Part shown: positions 41,777-55,153 of the stretch, piece after piece
Layout: each line of letters starts with the position of its first letter
How positions within the stretch are numbered: position 1 is the first letter of the stretch
Assembly (NCBI GenBank): GCA_028534125.1
Contig: CM052816.1
Coordinates: forward strand, 40,922,001-40,986,000
Length of the DNA: 64,000 nucleotides
From: Lama glama
Taxonomy: Eukaryota
Direction: 5' to 3'
Position numbers and translations under genes: made by a program
Notes under the pieces: generated by a model
Seen by the model: only the letters and a program-made list of their open reading frames with translations
Databases searched by the model: none
Told to the model about the DNA's origin: nothing

Positions 41777-43136
41777 CTAAAATAGGAAAAAAAAAGCACC
41801 AACTAAATTTCATACCTTTAGAAGTCAGCAAAGTTTTTTTTCAATATGTTTAAAAAATAAAATAAGAAATTTCTGAAAGCTGAAAGGACATAGAGTTCTC
41901 ATTCTGTGACACAGCTCATTTTCATTGACAAGAAAAAATGGTAATTATAAATAAACTTTTTTAAGTGCCCATTACCGAGCTTACCACAATGTGTGGTACG
42001 TGTACCACTGAGATCATCTTAGATGGCTTCATAGTCACAAGATGAACACTTTAAGACTTTAACAGTACTGAATTTATGGTGAAGTTTCCTAGTACACATT
42101 AACTTAACTATCAAATATGTGGTTTCCCAAGCACTAGTATTTATTTGACTTTTAAAATAACTGATACATTACTTTAGAACAAATAAAAGGGAGTCAAAAG
42201 GCAGAAAAATGAAAGAGCTGGTACATAGATAAGGAAAAAGTAATACTGTGGAAAGATGACTCTCTCTAACACTAATTAAAAAGGCAGAAGTCAATTTCTT
42301 TAGAGACTTTTCATTATGAGGATAAAGTATACCCCCTACAACATAGAGGAAACCTGGTTGTTAAGAGAAAAGCGTATTAGCTCAAGAAACAACTAACTTA
42401 GAGATTAACTCTGCTCTGTTGGATGATACCATTTTTATTTTTTCCTTTAATTTCCAAGCTCTGTGATCCTAAGTTAGAGACACTTTTTTTTTTCTTTTTG
42501 AAAGTCACAGAAGACAAGTGGACTTAGAGACTTCTTGCTGAACTCAAATACACTTCATGAAGGAAAGAAAGTAACAGAAAACAAAAAGGAGAGAAAAAGA
42601 AAAAGAAGATATCCTCTTCACTTTGTTTTGATATTGATAAACAGGACAAGATATAAGCATTAAGCCTTCAAGCATTTGCTTTACTTCTTGACCAAAAATG
42701 AGATAACTGTGGCTGTTTCTTTGGTTTGACAGGTAGGAAAACCAAACCCTAGAGAGACTGAGAGTCACAAGCCATTGTGACAAGCTAGCCTTGAAGACAG
42801 GTTTCCTAACAACCAATGCAACATCTTTTTTACCATGATATTTTGGGTTATGGGGCAGGAAATTAAAATTATCTTTCTAAAGCAAATATATTTATTAGGA
42901 ATAAAGACAAAAATATTAAAAGTATCAATAATTACAAATATTATTTGGGCCATGAATTTTTATAATAGTGAAGCTAGTCCAAGGCCAATATAAACAGGTG
43001 TTTTTAAATTTAAATGAAACATAAATGTATCTATAAAACTCTCATATGTAGACTAAAAAATTCAATAAACACTGTTGCCCAAGGACCTAATCCCAAGTAA
43101 TTGATCTTTAAATCCAGTTGCTCCATGCACATGACT

Positions 43137-43402
43137 TTTTTTGAAATATACTCAGATACAATGTGTCAATTTCTGGTGTACAGCATAATGTCCCAGTCAG
43201 GCATATATATACATAAATTCATTTTCATATTATTTTTCATTAAAGGCTATTACAAGATATTGAATATAGTTCCCCATACTATACAAAAGAAATCTGCTTT
43301 TTTAATCTATTTTTATATATATGGTTAATATTTGCAAATCTTAAACTCCCAAATTTATCCCTTTCCACCCTTTCTCCCAGTAACAATAAGATTGTTTACT
43401 AT
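43137..43402 (-). mobile_element. L1 3' UTR fragment
   Basis: Antisense equivalent of the 33450-33742 tail type, with short TSD gactttt. Confidence 0.8.
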
Positions 43403-43690
43403 GGACTTTTGACTCTTTAGATCCAATTGCAGGTTTTATAAGCAGTCTTAACTCAGTAAGTCAGACCAGACAGCATGCTTGGAGACATTTCTCTTGGTAA
43501 ATTGGCATAAAATATAGCAAATAAGCAACAAATATTCTTATTCCCCATGCATTGAGTTTTTTTAGTAAGTTATTATGAATCATCAATCTTGAAATGGAAA
43601 TTCTTGAAAAATGAAAGGGATTTTGAAGAGCTATCCTAAAAGAACTATACAACTCTATAGAATAGGCTTTTCCCCTGCCTTTTCACTAAC

Positions 43691-43824
43691 TGGTGCTGTT
43701 CAGCTCCTTCAGACACAGCTCAGCCACAGGAAAATAGTTGCTGGACAAATTATCTGAGATTCTTTTTAATCTGTTTTGAAGCTGGAGGCAAGTATCCATT
43801 TTGTTTCAAACACCTCTTTGATTT
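43691..43824 (-). pseudogene. Candidate exon n (134 nt)
   Basis: Strong acceptor tttttatcttctccttaccag, donor CCA|gttagt. Best frame NQRGV*NKMDTCLQLQNRLKRISDNLSSNYFPVAELCLKELNST. Confidence 0.45.
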
Positions 43825-44573
43825 CTGGTAAGGAGAAGATAAAAATATTCTTTTTAATAATATCTTGTTTGAGGATTTACTTGCTACAGCTCTTTATGTT
43901 TTAAATATACATATATTTAAATGTATATGATGTTTACATATATATACATGTATATAATTATGGTTTCACAGGATATTTAATATTTACAGGCAGATTGACC
44001 TTTCCCCATAATAATGCCAACTCCATTTTAATGATCAGTGTAACAAAAACTTGATAGGAAAACATATTTACTTTCTTTGTTCTTTCGCCTACTATTCTTA
44101 CAAACAAGAGTTTCAACAAAGTTCTGTTCATGTCTCTTCAAAATAAGGAATGATTTAACACGTTTTCCCTGCCTCATTCTACAAGGAGGTGATCATTATG
44201 TTAAATACTATGTTACTTGAAACTAGTGACCTGTAAGAAAAGTTATACTTGCTTTTCATAAAGAAAACGATAATGCTTCAGAAGAAAGGCAACACAGCAA
44301 CCAAAAGCTTTCCTCTAAATAGACTGCGAACTATAGTGTGTAGCCAACCAGCACGTTGTTGTGAGTCTTTCAGTTACAAGAGATCAGAAAGAAAGATAGG
44401 ATATGAGTAGACACAAGCATTTGACAAGCTAAATGCAGAGTAAGTCACACCTGAACGGGAATCGGGAAAAAGAAAATATTTCTCAACACTTATCATTTCC
44501 TGAGGCTAATGGTCTCTTGTAAGAGCAGCCTTCCAGCACCTGTTTCTTTCCCAGTGTGACTTCTTTGACTCAC

Positions 44574-44690
44574 AACGAGAAATGAAAGCTATAAAAGCAA
44601 ATTGAGATCTATTTTCAGTGGTTCTTTTTTGACTTCTAGGAGCATTAAATGTATTTTGCTTTTCATTGAGCATGAAATGATTTCCATCAC
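44574..44690 (-). pseudogene. Candidate exon m (117 nt)
   Basis: Acceptor tgtggctatcag, donor GTT|gtgagt. Phase 1 is open (DGNHFMLNEKQNTFNAPRSQKRTTENRSQFAFIAFISR). Phase 0 has one stop (VMEIISCSMKSKIHLMLLEVKKEPLKIDLNLLL*LSFLV). Confidence 0.45.
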
Positions 44691-45668
44691 CTGATAGCCA
44701 CATTTAATAAAAATTCAGGAAAAAGAACACCGTGATATTAGAAGACTGTAACGAAAGCAATGTGTTTGGTCTGTTAGAGCGATCATGAAAACATTTACAT
44801 TAGTCACTATGACAGAAACCTTTATATATATATACAAATAATACAATACTTGAGAACAGCTTCTAAAATAAAAATAAAAAATATAATGTCATAAAGATTT
44901 AAAGTCTAAAGAATTCTTTTCTCCTTGACTGGAAGAACATTCTAAGGCCTACTTTCTAAAGCACTGCTTTAAAATTTAGGTAACTCCTGTTTTAAAGTCA
45001 TACATTTCCAGGTTATTTTTCACGTATGTGCATACAGACACACACACACATGCATGTACATACACATACTCACAGAAACATACACTGTTTGGATTCATAT
45101 TTAATAGTGTTCCACAAGCCAGAATAGCAGATCACAGAATTTCTGACAAAATATTTTCATCTTGTCAGAAGAAATTTTTAAAAAGGGGTATACACTGAAG
45201 GAGCTGTGACACTCAGACAACATAAGCTGGCAAGAACTGAGAGAACACAAGTAAGACTGGAGTCTGAAGCACAAAACATGGATTTGGTAAGTTAGAGTTA
45301 ATCAATATGGCAGTAGTCTCCTGTAATAAAGCCTTAGCAGTCTGCTAAGAACCCCAGGATACAGAGCAGAAACACTGCTGGGATGGCTATTGGAACCTTA
45401 AAAAAAAAGAAAAAAAGTCTCAGAAAAGGAAAACAGAAATGTAAGGACTGTGTTTAATTTGTTCTGCCTTTTCCATATTAAAAAAGTAGTCAGAGAATTT
45501 GAATAAACACTAGATCATACAAGTATGATGTCTTAATGTCTTTCTATCACCAATATTTCCTATAGTCTACCACCGTAAAATTAGTTCTCAGTAAGGATTT
45601 CTTGAAATAGCTTTAAAAAATCAAATTTAAAAAATAAAGATTTTGTTTATACTTATTTTCAACTTTAC

Positions 45669-45740
45669 CTCTGCTTTTGTATTTTCAAAACAAGTACTTA
45701 TTTTCACAAAAGGTCATTATGTCAGTGAATGATAAGAAGC
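45669..45740 (-). pseudogene. Candidate exon l (72 nt)
   Basis: Acceptor ctgcattttcataag, donor GAG|gtaaag. Length is a multiple of 3, but every frame has stops. Confidence 0.25.
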
Positions 45741-46679
45741 CTTATGAAAATGCAGTAAGTCATATTTTATTAAGTTTCTGGACATGATGGAACTCAGTAA
45801 TTTAAAAAAATTATACTTACTGAGTTTAGTGTTTATAGTCTCCTTTATTTTAAAATATGATTAATACTAGATATGACCAGAAAACCAGAAAGGCATTTAA
45901 TATATTTTGATCTGTTAGTGTGTAGAGTCTACCATTAATCTTCTTTAAATACAGAAATGCATTTGATTAAGCTTTATTTTGTTACATTTTTACTTTGTTT
46001 ATAATTTAAAACTCTTATTATATTATATTTATTACAATTTAGTGTACTACAGAGTTTGGCAACTCTTTCTCTAAATTTTTCTCATAGTTTATATTTGGAA
46101 AAATATTTATTCTGACAGCCTGGAGTTTTACTTTTCTTAGGGAATAAAATCTGGACAACAGAAAAAAATGTTTTCTATATTAGCTTGGTTTCTAAGACAC
46201 GTACAAACTATGTACTCAGGTGCTGCTTCTAGCCTCTGTATGTTTTGGCACAAGTATTTTATTTGATATGAATCATCATATTTTAGCTTTACTTTAATGA
46301 TTTATTATATAAAGTATCTCAGATCCTTTATGGATTTAGGTGAGTTATGAATAATATGAAAGGAAAAGCAATCAATTACTTCTATTTGTCTCCTGTAAGC
46401 AATCATCTCTATTACAAATAATAAAAGTGAAAATTTGCATTAGTATAGATGCATCAAGCAGCAAGGATGGAGTTCAGAGTTCTGAATTTATTTAGTATGA
46501 GCTAATCCTGAATTGGTTAATGACAAGTAGGGGAAAGCAATTAGCAAATACATGAAGATGACAACACACTGAAATGCACTTTCTCTTAAGGCATTTAACA
46601 AATTATAGTACTTGATTATTTGAAGATCCTGTTTACTTCAGTGATACCATTTCTTTACTATCAGTACTGTTGCCATTAC

Positions 46680-46841
46680 CTTGATATCCCTCAATAAATG
46701 TTTCAATTATTTAACCTTGCCTCTGAGGGTCAGAATTCTGTTTTGGTCACTTGTTGCAACTTGCAGTTTGCCCTCCTTCCCTTATGTACTTCCCCTTTGG
46801 TAAAATTTTGCAGCCCCTCCTTTATTCAACAGAGTACACAA
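46680..46841 (-). pseudogene. Candidate exon k (162 nt)
   Basis: Acceptor cttatttcctgcag, donor AAG|gtaatg. Phase 0-0 reading LCTLLNKGGAAKFYQRGST*GKEGKLQVATSDQNRILTLRGKVK*LKHLLRDIK. Frame uncertain. Confidence 0.5.
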
Positions 46842-47589
46842 CTGCAGGAAATAAGCTGCTCTAGCTATTCATTATCTCTAGACAAACCTCCCAGAATGAA
46901 CAACAGGTAAGGCTGTTTGGAGAAACTATTAACTTCTGTCACAAGTAGAAAGACAAAAATAGGATGTCAATCTACAAGGACGCCTGATGGAGCTTTGGTC
47001 TCGGAATCAGGAAGCAGACATAGCTACTACTCAGTACCCCAAACTGAAACAGGATGGTAAGCACTGCTGTGGAAATCGTGAGCTTGTCCACACTGGAACT
47101 GGAGAACAGAAATAGCTTAAAGTACAGGAAGATGTCCTCTGCTGTTTTCAGTCCTTCAAGCTGTCTATGAACATGGCCAATTAGCATATAAAACCTGACT
47201 CTATGGGGAACTAATAAAAAAAAAAGTGGTGTTAGTGGTCATTGTTTCATGTAGTTTTTACACTTCCAAGCACCACAGAACAGGAAGGCACGTGAGGAGG
47301 AAGATGGAACAGATGGTGATTCACCATCGCTGCCCGCTGCCCCGTCTTATAGACCCACCCATGCTGAAAGTCATTGAGCCAACTAATAATTATAGTAATT
47401 ATTACCGGTTTCTGCCCTCTCTGTCAAGGAAGGTCCATTCAAAAAATAGCTATGCAAAATGTATCCGTGGATATCTTTTCCTTAAAATGACCTATATTGG
47501 TTTTAAATCACATATATCTGTAATGAAAGAAATAAAGGAAGGTGCTGAGAAAAGAATATGTATTTAAAATGGAAAGTATGTCTGTCAGG

Positions 47590-48690
47590 AAGAAAAGCGA
47601 TAAGAGAAAGTTAAGTCAGAGTGTCAGTGGGGAGAGGACAGTATTTCAATAAATGGTGCTGGGTCAGTTGGGTATCTATAAAGAAAATAAAATTGTATTT
47701 TGACCTCCGCTTATACCAGGTATAAAAATCAATTCCAGTTGAATTGAAGATCTAAATGTGTGACAGGCAAAACAATAAAGCTTTTGGAAGAAAATAAAGG
47801 AGAATGACCTTCAGCAAGGCTAAGTTTTCTTAAACAAGCCACAAATGAAACATAAGCCATAAAAATAAAATAAATAAATTGGAATATATTAAAACTTTGT
47901 GCTTTTGCTTATTAAAAGATGACATCAAAAATAATGAAAAGGCAATCAACAGAGTGAGAGAAGGTATTTGCAATACATGTATCTGAGAAAGGACTCATGT
48001 TCAGAACACAGTCCTAAAAATATAAGAATTGGCAAAAGAGTCCAACACCCAACACAAAAGAATATGCCATTTGTCAATAATCATGAAACAAATGAGTAAC
48101 TTAGTCCTCAGACAAATACATATTGCAGAAGAAATATATCACAATTTTATATCACTAATCTTCAGAATTGCTAAGAGGAAAAAGACAAAAGGTAAAAAGT
48201 GGTTGTGAGGATGTGGTACAGCACGAAGTTTCTTAAATTACTCTTGGAATCGACAATTACTAGAGTCACTTTAGAAAAACGTGTGGCAAAATCTGTTAAC
48301 ACTGAGTATGCTTATGATGCATCCCTGTTACTCACAGGCATGTACCTAAAAATATATACATGTGCGGATCAGGCATACGCACGTGAATGAGACTGAACAT
48401 TCCCCGGCTACTCATGTCGTGTGTTGGTCTCAGAAGCATAATGATGAGAGAAAGAAGTCAGAAAAAGAAGTGTATTCTATGATCCCATTTACATAAACTA
48501 TCAAGACAACAAAGACTCATTTATAGTGTAAGAAATCTGGATACTGGTTACTCTTGTAAAGGGTATGGGTGGGAGTGATTGGAAGGTAGCAAGGGGAGGG
48601 AGAGTTCCACAGTGCTGCTTCTGCTCCGTTTCTCCATCTGGGTACCTTATTGAGGGCATTTAGTTTGATATATATGCATGAAATAAGTTA
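47590..48690 (+). mobile_element. Old L1M ORF2 end/3' UTR
   Basis: ttcaataaatggtgctgggtcagttgg...aaaacaataaagcttttggaagaaaata...tatgatcccatttacataaa. Confidence 0.7.
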
Positions 48691-48731
48691 TTTGAGAAGT
48701 CAAGTCAGAGTCTTTTAATCCTTATGCCCAC

Positions 48732-48786
48732 CGGTGTTGGAATTAAGTTATCATGAACTAAGAACTCCAGGACTAAGGCTCTGTAA
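48732..48786 (-). pseudogene. Candidate exon j (55 nt)
   Basis: Acceptor ctctcttccgctatgtgcag, donor CCG|gtgggc. Open phase 2->0 reading YRALVLEFLVHDNLIPTP. Confidence 0.4.
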
Positions 48787-49916
48787 CTGCACATAGCGGA
48801 AGAGAGTTTCAACATAATTTCTCAGCTATGTTGATTTAGGCAAATATTAAAGTTTTCTGAATGTTGTTATTTAGCTATGATCTGAAGGTATTCCGAACCC
48901 CAAGATCCTCAGCTGGGTTTTCTGAGATCGGAGTCAAAAATTCTAAGCCATAAAATTGGAATTGAATCGATGAGGATTAGGCTTGGGGGATAAAGGCCTC
49001 TTACTCGTATTATCTACAACAAAGTGAAACAGATTTCAAGCATCTTATTAACCCTGTGGAGGACAGCTATCTTGAGAGATTATAAATGGAAATTAATTGG
49101 ACTGATTTTTGTTTTAATTTAATAAACATGAAATATTTATACATGGTTTTACAATTCATTTGTGACCTTTAACAGTTTAACTTACTTTTTCTCATAAGGC
49201 TTTATGTTCTTCAAGTGCAAATTATCTTACTCTCTAGGTTTTCAGAAACATAGCTCTGAAAGTTTAGGGAGAGGAAATATTATATACTGTCTTAGAGTTA
49301 TGTCTGATCATTTAGTAAAAAGTGGCCAATAAGGTTATATGAGAATTATAAATAATAATCAATACAATATATTAAGGAATTTAATTTTGGAAAACGCAAA
49401 GCCCACAGATGTAATGGTATCTGTTTGAAGAGAAGAAAGAAGAAGCAATAATTTTGTAAACCTTTATGGGACATCTATGATGAGTCAAGCATTGGTGAAG
49501 CATTTAGAATCAGTAAGGGAATAAAATCAGGATTTCTGGACCTAAAAAGTTTCCATTCTTTCAAGATGGTTTGGTGGTTAGGTGTGTAAACTCCTTGCTG
49601 CACTCCCTAGATTCAAATCCTAGTCCTACTACTTAATACTGGGTGACTTTGGGACAATTGCTTAATCTTGTTTTCTCTAAGCTTACTCATCAGTAAAGTG
49701 GGGATAATGACAGTACTTACTTCATCAGGTCATTGTGAGGTTCAGAGAATGTATTTCCTGTGAAGTACTGAGCATGCATTTTGCAGTTAGTAAACACTCT
49801 TATGTTTCTGCAATAATTATTACTTTATTGGCTAATTTTCATAACTGCTATTATTTTAAACAGTTGTTCATAACATTTTGGGATCTCAGTCTCATTTGTG
49901 AATCTGAGGGACTTAC

Positions 49917-50054
49917 ACCAACATCAGAAAACAGTATCTTGAGACAAATGACACAACATCAGAAAACAGTATCTTGAGACAAATGACCAACTCCCTTGAT
50001 GACTGCTTTATATTCACAGATTCCCGTATGAAGAACTCCCACTCAAAAGCATCA
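49917..50054 (-). pseudogene. Candidate exon i (138 nt, includes a 35-bp tandem duplication)
   Basis: Acceptor cattttttgatacctattcag, consensus donor GGT|gtaagt. Open phase 2 reading DAFEWEFFIRESVNIKQSSRELVICLKILFSDV. Confidence 0.55.
49919..49988. repeat. 35-bp tandem duplication
   Basis: caacatcagaaaacagtatcttgagacaaatgac(a/c) x2. Confidence 0.95.
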
Positions 50055-51416
50055 CTGAATAGGTATCAAAAAATGTACAGATTCAGCAATCAAAATAGCC
50101 CTCAGCATTGTTATTGTCACTTGGATGATTCCACTGGTATATCAATGGAATCATAACCTAAAACTAACACAACATTTTCTTACTATTAATTATCTAATCA
50201 TTTCGTTAGTTCTAGAATCCTTGTTAGTTCCAGGGAGAGTTTAGTATTGTTTCCTCTTTTACATTTAACATAAGGAAACATTTTGCGAGCAAAAAGGACT
50301 TGAATTTTCCATTTGTTAGAAAATTAAACTATGTATATAGTCTTCTGTCTGTTCCTTTGCATTGCCTTCTAAAGAGCTCACATCTTATTGGATCACTTGG
50401 TAGAAACAAATAGCTCAAGTTTTAAAATATATATACATATAATAAATTATTTCCTTTATTGTAGGAAGTTCCTGAAATTTAAAAAATCTATTTTGTTATG
50501 TACCTGCTAATATTTAAGTTACTTCAATTCTTTCTTGAAAGTTTTTATAATTTATATACAAAGTGAAAACAGATGAAAATAGACAAACAGAGTAAAAAGT
50601 ATAGATTTTAGTTAGACCTTATATATGAATGCTGGGCTGTCATTTAAAATGTCATTAGGCAAATTGCCTCGTTTCTCTGACTGCCAATTTTATTATCTAT
50701 CATATGGTTGCACTATCTCCCTTATAAGTTGTATGTGAAAAGATAATGTGATAATTTATTACATTTTTTCACATTGTGCCAGACACTCTGTTAGACTCTT
50801 GTTTTTTTTAAAAAAAGATGTGTTTCCAGCTCCCAAAGAATTTAGTGTCCCATGAATAACATACACCCACAGTTGCCTAGCATAAACCTAGAACATAAAA
50901 AGAGCTCACTATACTAGCCCCTTTCTGTTTTTTTATCCTCCATTCATAAGAACCTAAATCTTTAAATTGCGGTTCCTGCCAACCGAAAAGCACCAGTCTT
51001 AAGTTACTTCTATATCATCAGAAAGGGCACCTGGCTGATGTAAGAACTGGCTAGACCAAGGAAAACTGAGAACTGAGATAAACATTCCATGAAAGGCAGC
51101 AAATACAAGATGGTATAGGTCTCTATCAAGCAAAATCTGTCAGTCAGTTCAGGAAGCCAAAAAAATTACTGTCTGGAAAGTCAAGCATTATCCCAGCCAC
51201 AGGAAACGAAGTTCAGGGAGTATATCTAGTCTCCATAGAGAGTAACATTAACAAAGTCCATGAACAAAAGAAAACGCTACTCTAGAGACCCAGGAAACCA
51301 GGCAGAAAACAAGAAGAAAACAGGTACACAACAAATTAAGACATGGGCTTAGTTTCTAGAACCGAGATAAAAGTCAAAGGTTAGCCACAACCCCAAGTAA
51401 GACAAAACCTAGCTCC

Positions 51417-51456
51417 TTAATATTTAATTAATTAATTTAATATTTAATTAATTAAT
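51417..51456. repeat. 20-bp pure-AT tandem duplication
   Basis: ttaatatttaattaattaat x2. Confidence 0.95.
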
Positions 51457-52586
51457 CTTGCCACCCAGTGGGTGCCCATCTCCAGCTCTGCCTTAGAGAA
51501 GGCCTCTGTCTTCTGTTCTCAGCTATGTACAGACTGGGCCTGGAAAAGGAAGCTCACTAATTCTGAGGTTCATCAGAGTTTCTTAGTGAATTGCCTGTAT
51601 GTTCACTTTTGTGAGAACTGGGCAACGATCTGGCTAAAAGCCCTGAAAACTCACATACTTTTTCAAGGATTATAGCATTTCTTGGATTTGAGAGGATGAG
51701 TAACTCTTGTTACCAAGTGACTTGCAGGGCCTTTGGCAGCCCAGCCTGGGAGAAGCACACTCCTCAGGAATTATGGAAAATTAGGTCTGCTCTTCAAGGA
51801 CAGGTTATACCGGGCATTTGCCATGATTTCAGGGCCCTTAGTAGCATAGGTCTGGCTCAAAGCACAGCAGCTTGAGAGTCTGTAAGCCCAAGGGCCTGTA
51901 GGTTAATGCCCAAGAGATATGGGGAGGCAGATCAGCTGGGACTGCAACTAAAGGTATAGTATCTTAATTTGTTCAGATGCTTTGGCTATAATATTCAGAG
52001 AAAAATATATATATATACACGTGTATATTTAACAATGACATCATCTTGTGGGAAGATATAATTATCCAGGCCTTTCTAATTTGTAGATTCTGGTATCCCT
52101 TTGATAAAGAGGAAAAGGAGGTAACATTCTTTCTGTCTGAATAAGCCATGCTCCAGTTAAAGAATGGGTTGCCTGAAAATCATGCAATTTATAAGCCTTT
52201 GATTTGGAAGGACTGAGACTTTGCAAAAAGAGAGATGACGGAGACCCATGATCCCAGGTAAGGAGGGTGGTAGCTTTGAGAGCTGGGCTTATTCATGAGG
52301 AGCAGGAACGTTTATAGAATTCCAGGAGTGGCATAAAACTGGGACACCAGCCCACATAGGACCCTTGAGATGGCAGGACTTTGGATGGGGTTTCTATGGA
52401 AAACAGGGCACTTAGTTCTGGTGCCATCTAAGCCATCAGACTACTGGTGAAGCAATATCCTTTGAATAGAACACAGAGGACAAGTCCCTTTCAATGGCTG
52501 TTTAGCCATGTAACTTCTGTCCTCTGACATGGATGTACTCACTGAATTTTTTACTCAACCGGCCAAAGACTCATTGTGTTGCCCAC

Positions 52587-52706
52587 CTTATGTTTCTTGG
52601 TTCCACTATCCTATGTGTTTCAGCCTCCTATTGCAGCCATTCGGGGAAATCAACACTTTGACAAAAACAATGTTCTGTTTCTTCTAAGCTGTGGCATTCA
52701 ATACTT
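52587..52706 (-). pseudogene. Candidate exon h (120 nt)
   Basis: Acceptor tagtctctgcag, donor AAG|gtgggc. Best frame is phase 2-2, SIECHSLEETEHCFCQSVDFPEWLQ*EAETHRIVEPRNI. The phase does not match exon g without another frameshift. Confidence 0.45.
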
Positions 52707-53087
52707 CTGCAGAGACTACATTTGTGAGATTGAGGGGATTTGTACAAGAGGGACATAAGAGTAGGAATCTCCTGATTTTTTCAGTCTTACATGGAGTTTC
52801 CACATAAAATTTCTCTTTAAGGGGAGATTTTACTTATTAGAACCACTGGAAACATTTTTTTTCTATGAAAATGAAGTCAGTAAAATCATGTTTCTTCCTA
52901 ACACTAAAAATTCAGTTCTCTATCTATTCATACTGCATTTCTAATCTGAACAAATTAATGAATTTAACATAAGATTTGTTTTGATATAAAAAACAGAAAG
53001 TAAAATACTCTGAATAAAAATGTTATAACCACCTCCTTCCTACGTAAAAATATGAAGATAGAAAATCAGTAAAACTCTTATTCTGAC

Positions 53088-53238
53088 CCAGCTCATTAGT
53101 ATGGATGTGTGTTTCCAACAGCACTTTTCTCTTGGCTCGTTGCAGAGGCAAAACCACAGCATCAGCTGATGTGAAGGTCAAGAAATGACCTCTCCTATCT
53201 CCTTCCTCCTTGTTATACTTTTTCAGAAACAAATAATT
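53088..53238 (-). pseudogene. Candidate exon g (151 nt)
   Basis: Acceptor ctatcctcagtcctttgcag, donor TGG|gtcaga. Open phase 0 reading NYLFLKKYNKEEGDRRGHFLTFTSADAVVLPLQRAKRKVLLETHIHTNEL. Confidence 0.55.
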
Positions 53239-53582
53239 CTGCAAAGGACTGAGGATAGTCAGATGAAAGAACTTTCTTAATACTGCAGTCAAAAGAGCAC
53301 AGAGCTTTAACAGGATAAAGATTATTTACACATTTGTACTCCTTACATTTTTTTCAAATGTGTTTTAAATAAAACATGGTTGATTTAGGGAGGACTCCCA
53401 GACTTGAAGTAAAAGGAATTCAGAAGGTTACATTTTTATAAGAAAATAACATGAAATCTATCAGAGTCACATTAGGTTGAATTTTTACCAAAGTTATAAA
53501 TCTCTAACATTAATATTTTCCCATGAACTTATGGGCTGTTTTCACAGCCCTGTGACCTGCATTTTGCATGGATATTTCTTTC

Positions 53583-54199
53583 TGAGACAGGATGGAAGGG
53601 GGCAGGGCACAGCCACTCAAGGAATGACAGCAACCAAAATGGTGGAAGATTCACCTCCTAGCTGGCCTTAAGGATTAAGAAGTTTGACTTCTAGCAGACC
53701 TTGAGCTTCATTATATGGTCAATGTAAAGTGTGCACCTGCAGGCACCATGACAGCCCCAAGGTTAACCGCTAAAGGCTGAAGGATGGGCGGTGGCCCAAT
53801 TCCTGGGAATCTCAGCCCCTTCCCCAGGGCAGTTGGAATGGTCTCACCTGTAGGCCTGTGAAGCTTCTGAGACCATAAAAAGTGACACCACCACGCCTAG
53901 TGGCCCTTGGTGCTCTCTCCTCTTTGGAGACAGCCTGCACTCTGTCTATGGAGTGTGCACTTACTTTGCTTTAACATGAGCACCCAATTCCCATATCTCT
54001 TTCCTTGCCTTTCTCTTGCCTTACACCCTATGCAGTATGTATCTCTCTAAATAAACCTACCTTTACTCAACAGTGGCTCACACTTGAATTCTTTCCTGTG
54101 CGAAGCCAAGGACCCACACTTGGCAGGGCACGTCTCAGGGGCTCAACCAAGACCTGGGACTCGGCCCTCCTCACGCCCCACATCAGTTTTCCTGCATCA
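53583..54199 (+). mobile_element. ERV1-class solo LTR
   Basis: TG...CA termini, TSD tttc/tctc, AATAAA. Same family as 63634-64000. Confidence 0.8.
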
Positions 54200-55016
54200 T
54201 CTCCAGCTAAATAATAAGCTCCTGGAAGTCTTGTTTTTGTGGCTGCATTTTCAAGCCCTGGCCCCTTACCTTAAACACAAGTCAACAGTCAAATAAATAT
54301 TATTTGAATGAATAAACAAAAAAATAAGTACGTAAATGAATAAATATATGCAGTTCGTGGGCATACACTTTTATATCTATCTTAATTGACCATTTTAGGA
54401 TCAGAATACTTTAGAAAAGCCGCTAAAATGATTGTCCTATCACATTACTAAAGTAGACATCATGATCAGTAAGTTATTACCACTAACATATTTAAATGCT
54501 GAAAATATGACTTTGTAAGGAAGATTCATTTGTGAAATCTCAGAATTCCATCTAAAACTTGCTGTCTTACAGTCACATCAAGTGTAGAGTGGGACTTGGC
54601 TACAAAGAAGACTCCATCATTCTAGCTTCAGGCTGTGACTGAGACGGCAGGTCCATTTACAAGCAATAAGTCAATTAAACCTTTAATGATTGAGAAGATC
54701 TGTACGAAAGATAAGTCAGTCTTGCAAATTAATCAACAAATGGCAATAGGCACTTAAGCTCTTCAAGATAAAAACTCAGACACTGGAACACAAGCTATTC
54801 TCTCCCACAGTAAACAAGGAATTAAACATGTTAATTCAAGTTCTGTGTCTACTCATATAGGATATGAAATATACACAGCAATAACTGGGTTCAAGCCATC
54901 AGTCAATAAGAAGGGCTGAGGTATATGAAAAACTTCCACATTCCCTTCCAGATAATTAGCTTTTTAAAAAATTAATGGAATCCTATAGAAAGAAAGATGG
55001 CAATGCATTGATCTAC

Positions 55017-55153
55017 CTGCCTTTGGCAATCACTAAGGTTATCCCATTCTAAGGATTCTCCATGACAGGCTACTGGAGAGTGGGATAAAGGGGAGAAGAA
55101 CGTTTTATGTATTTCCCAAGAGTCACAATGGTTTCCAGACGAACAAACCTCCA
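55017..55153 (-). pseudogene. Candidate exon f (137 nt)
   Basis: Acceptor catttgcag, donor CAG|gtagat. Open phase 1->0 reading VEVCSSGNHCDSWEIHKTFFSPLSHSPVACHGESLEWDNLSDCQRQ. Confidence 0.55.
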
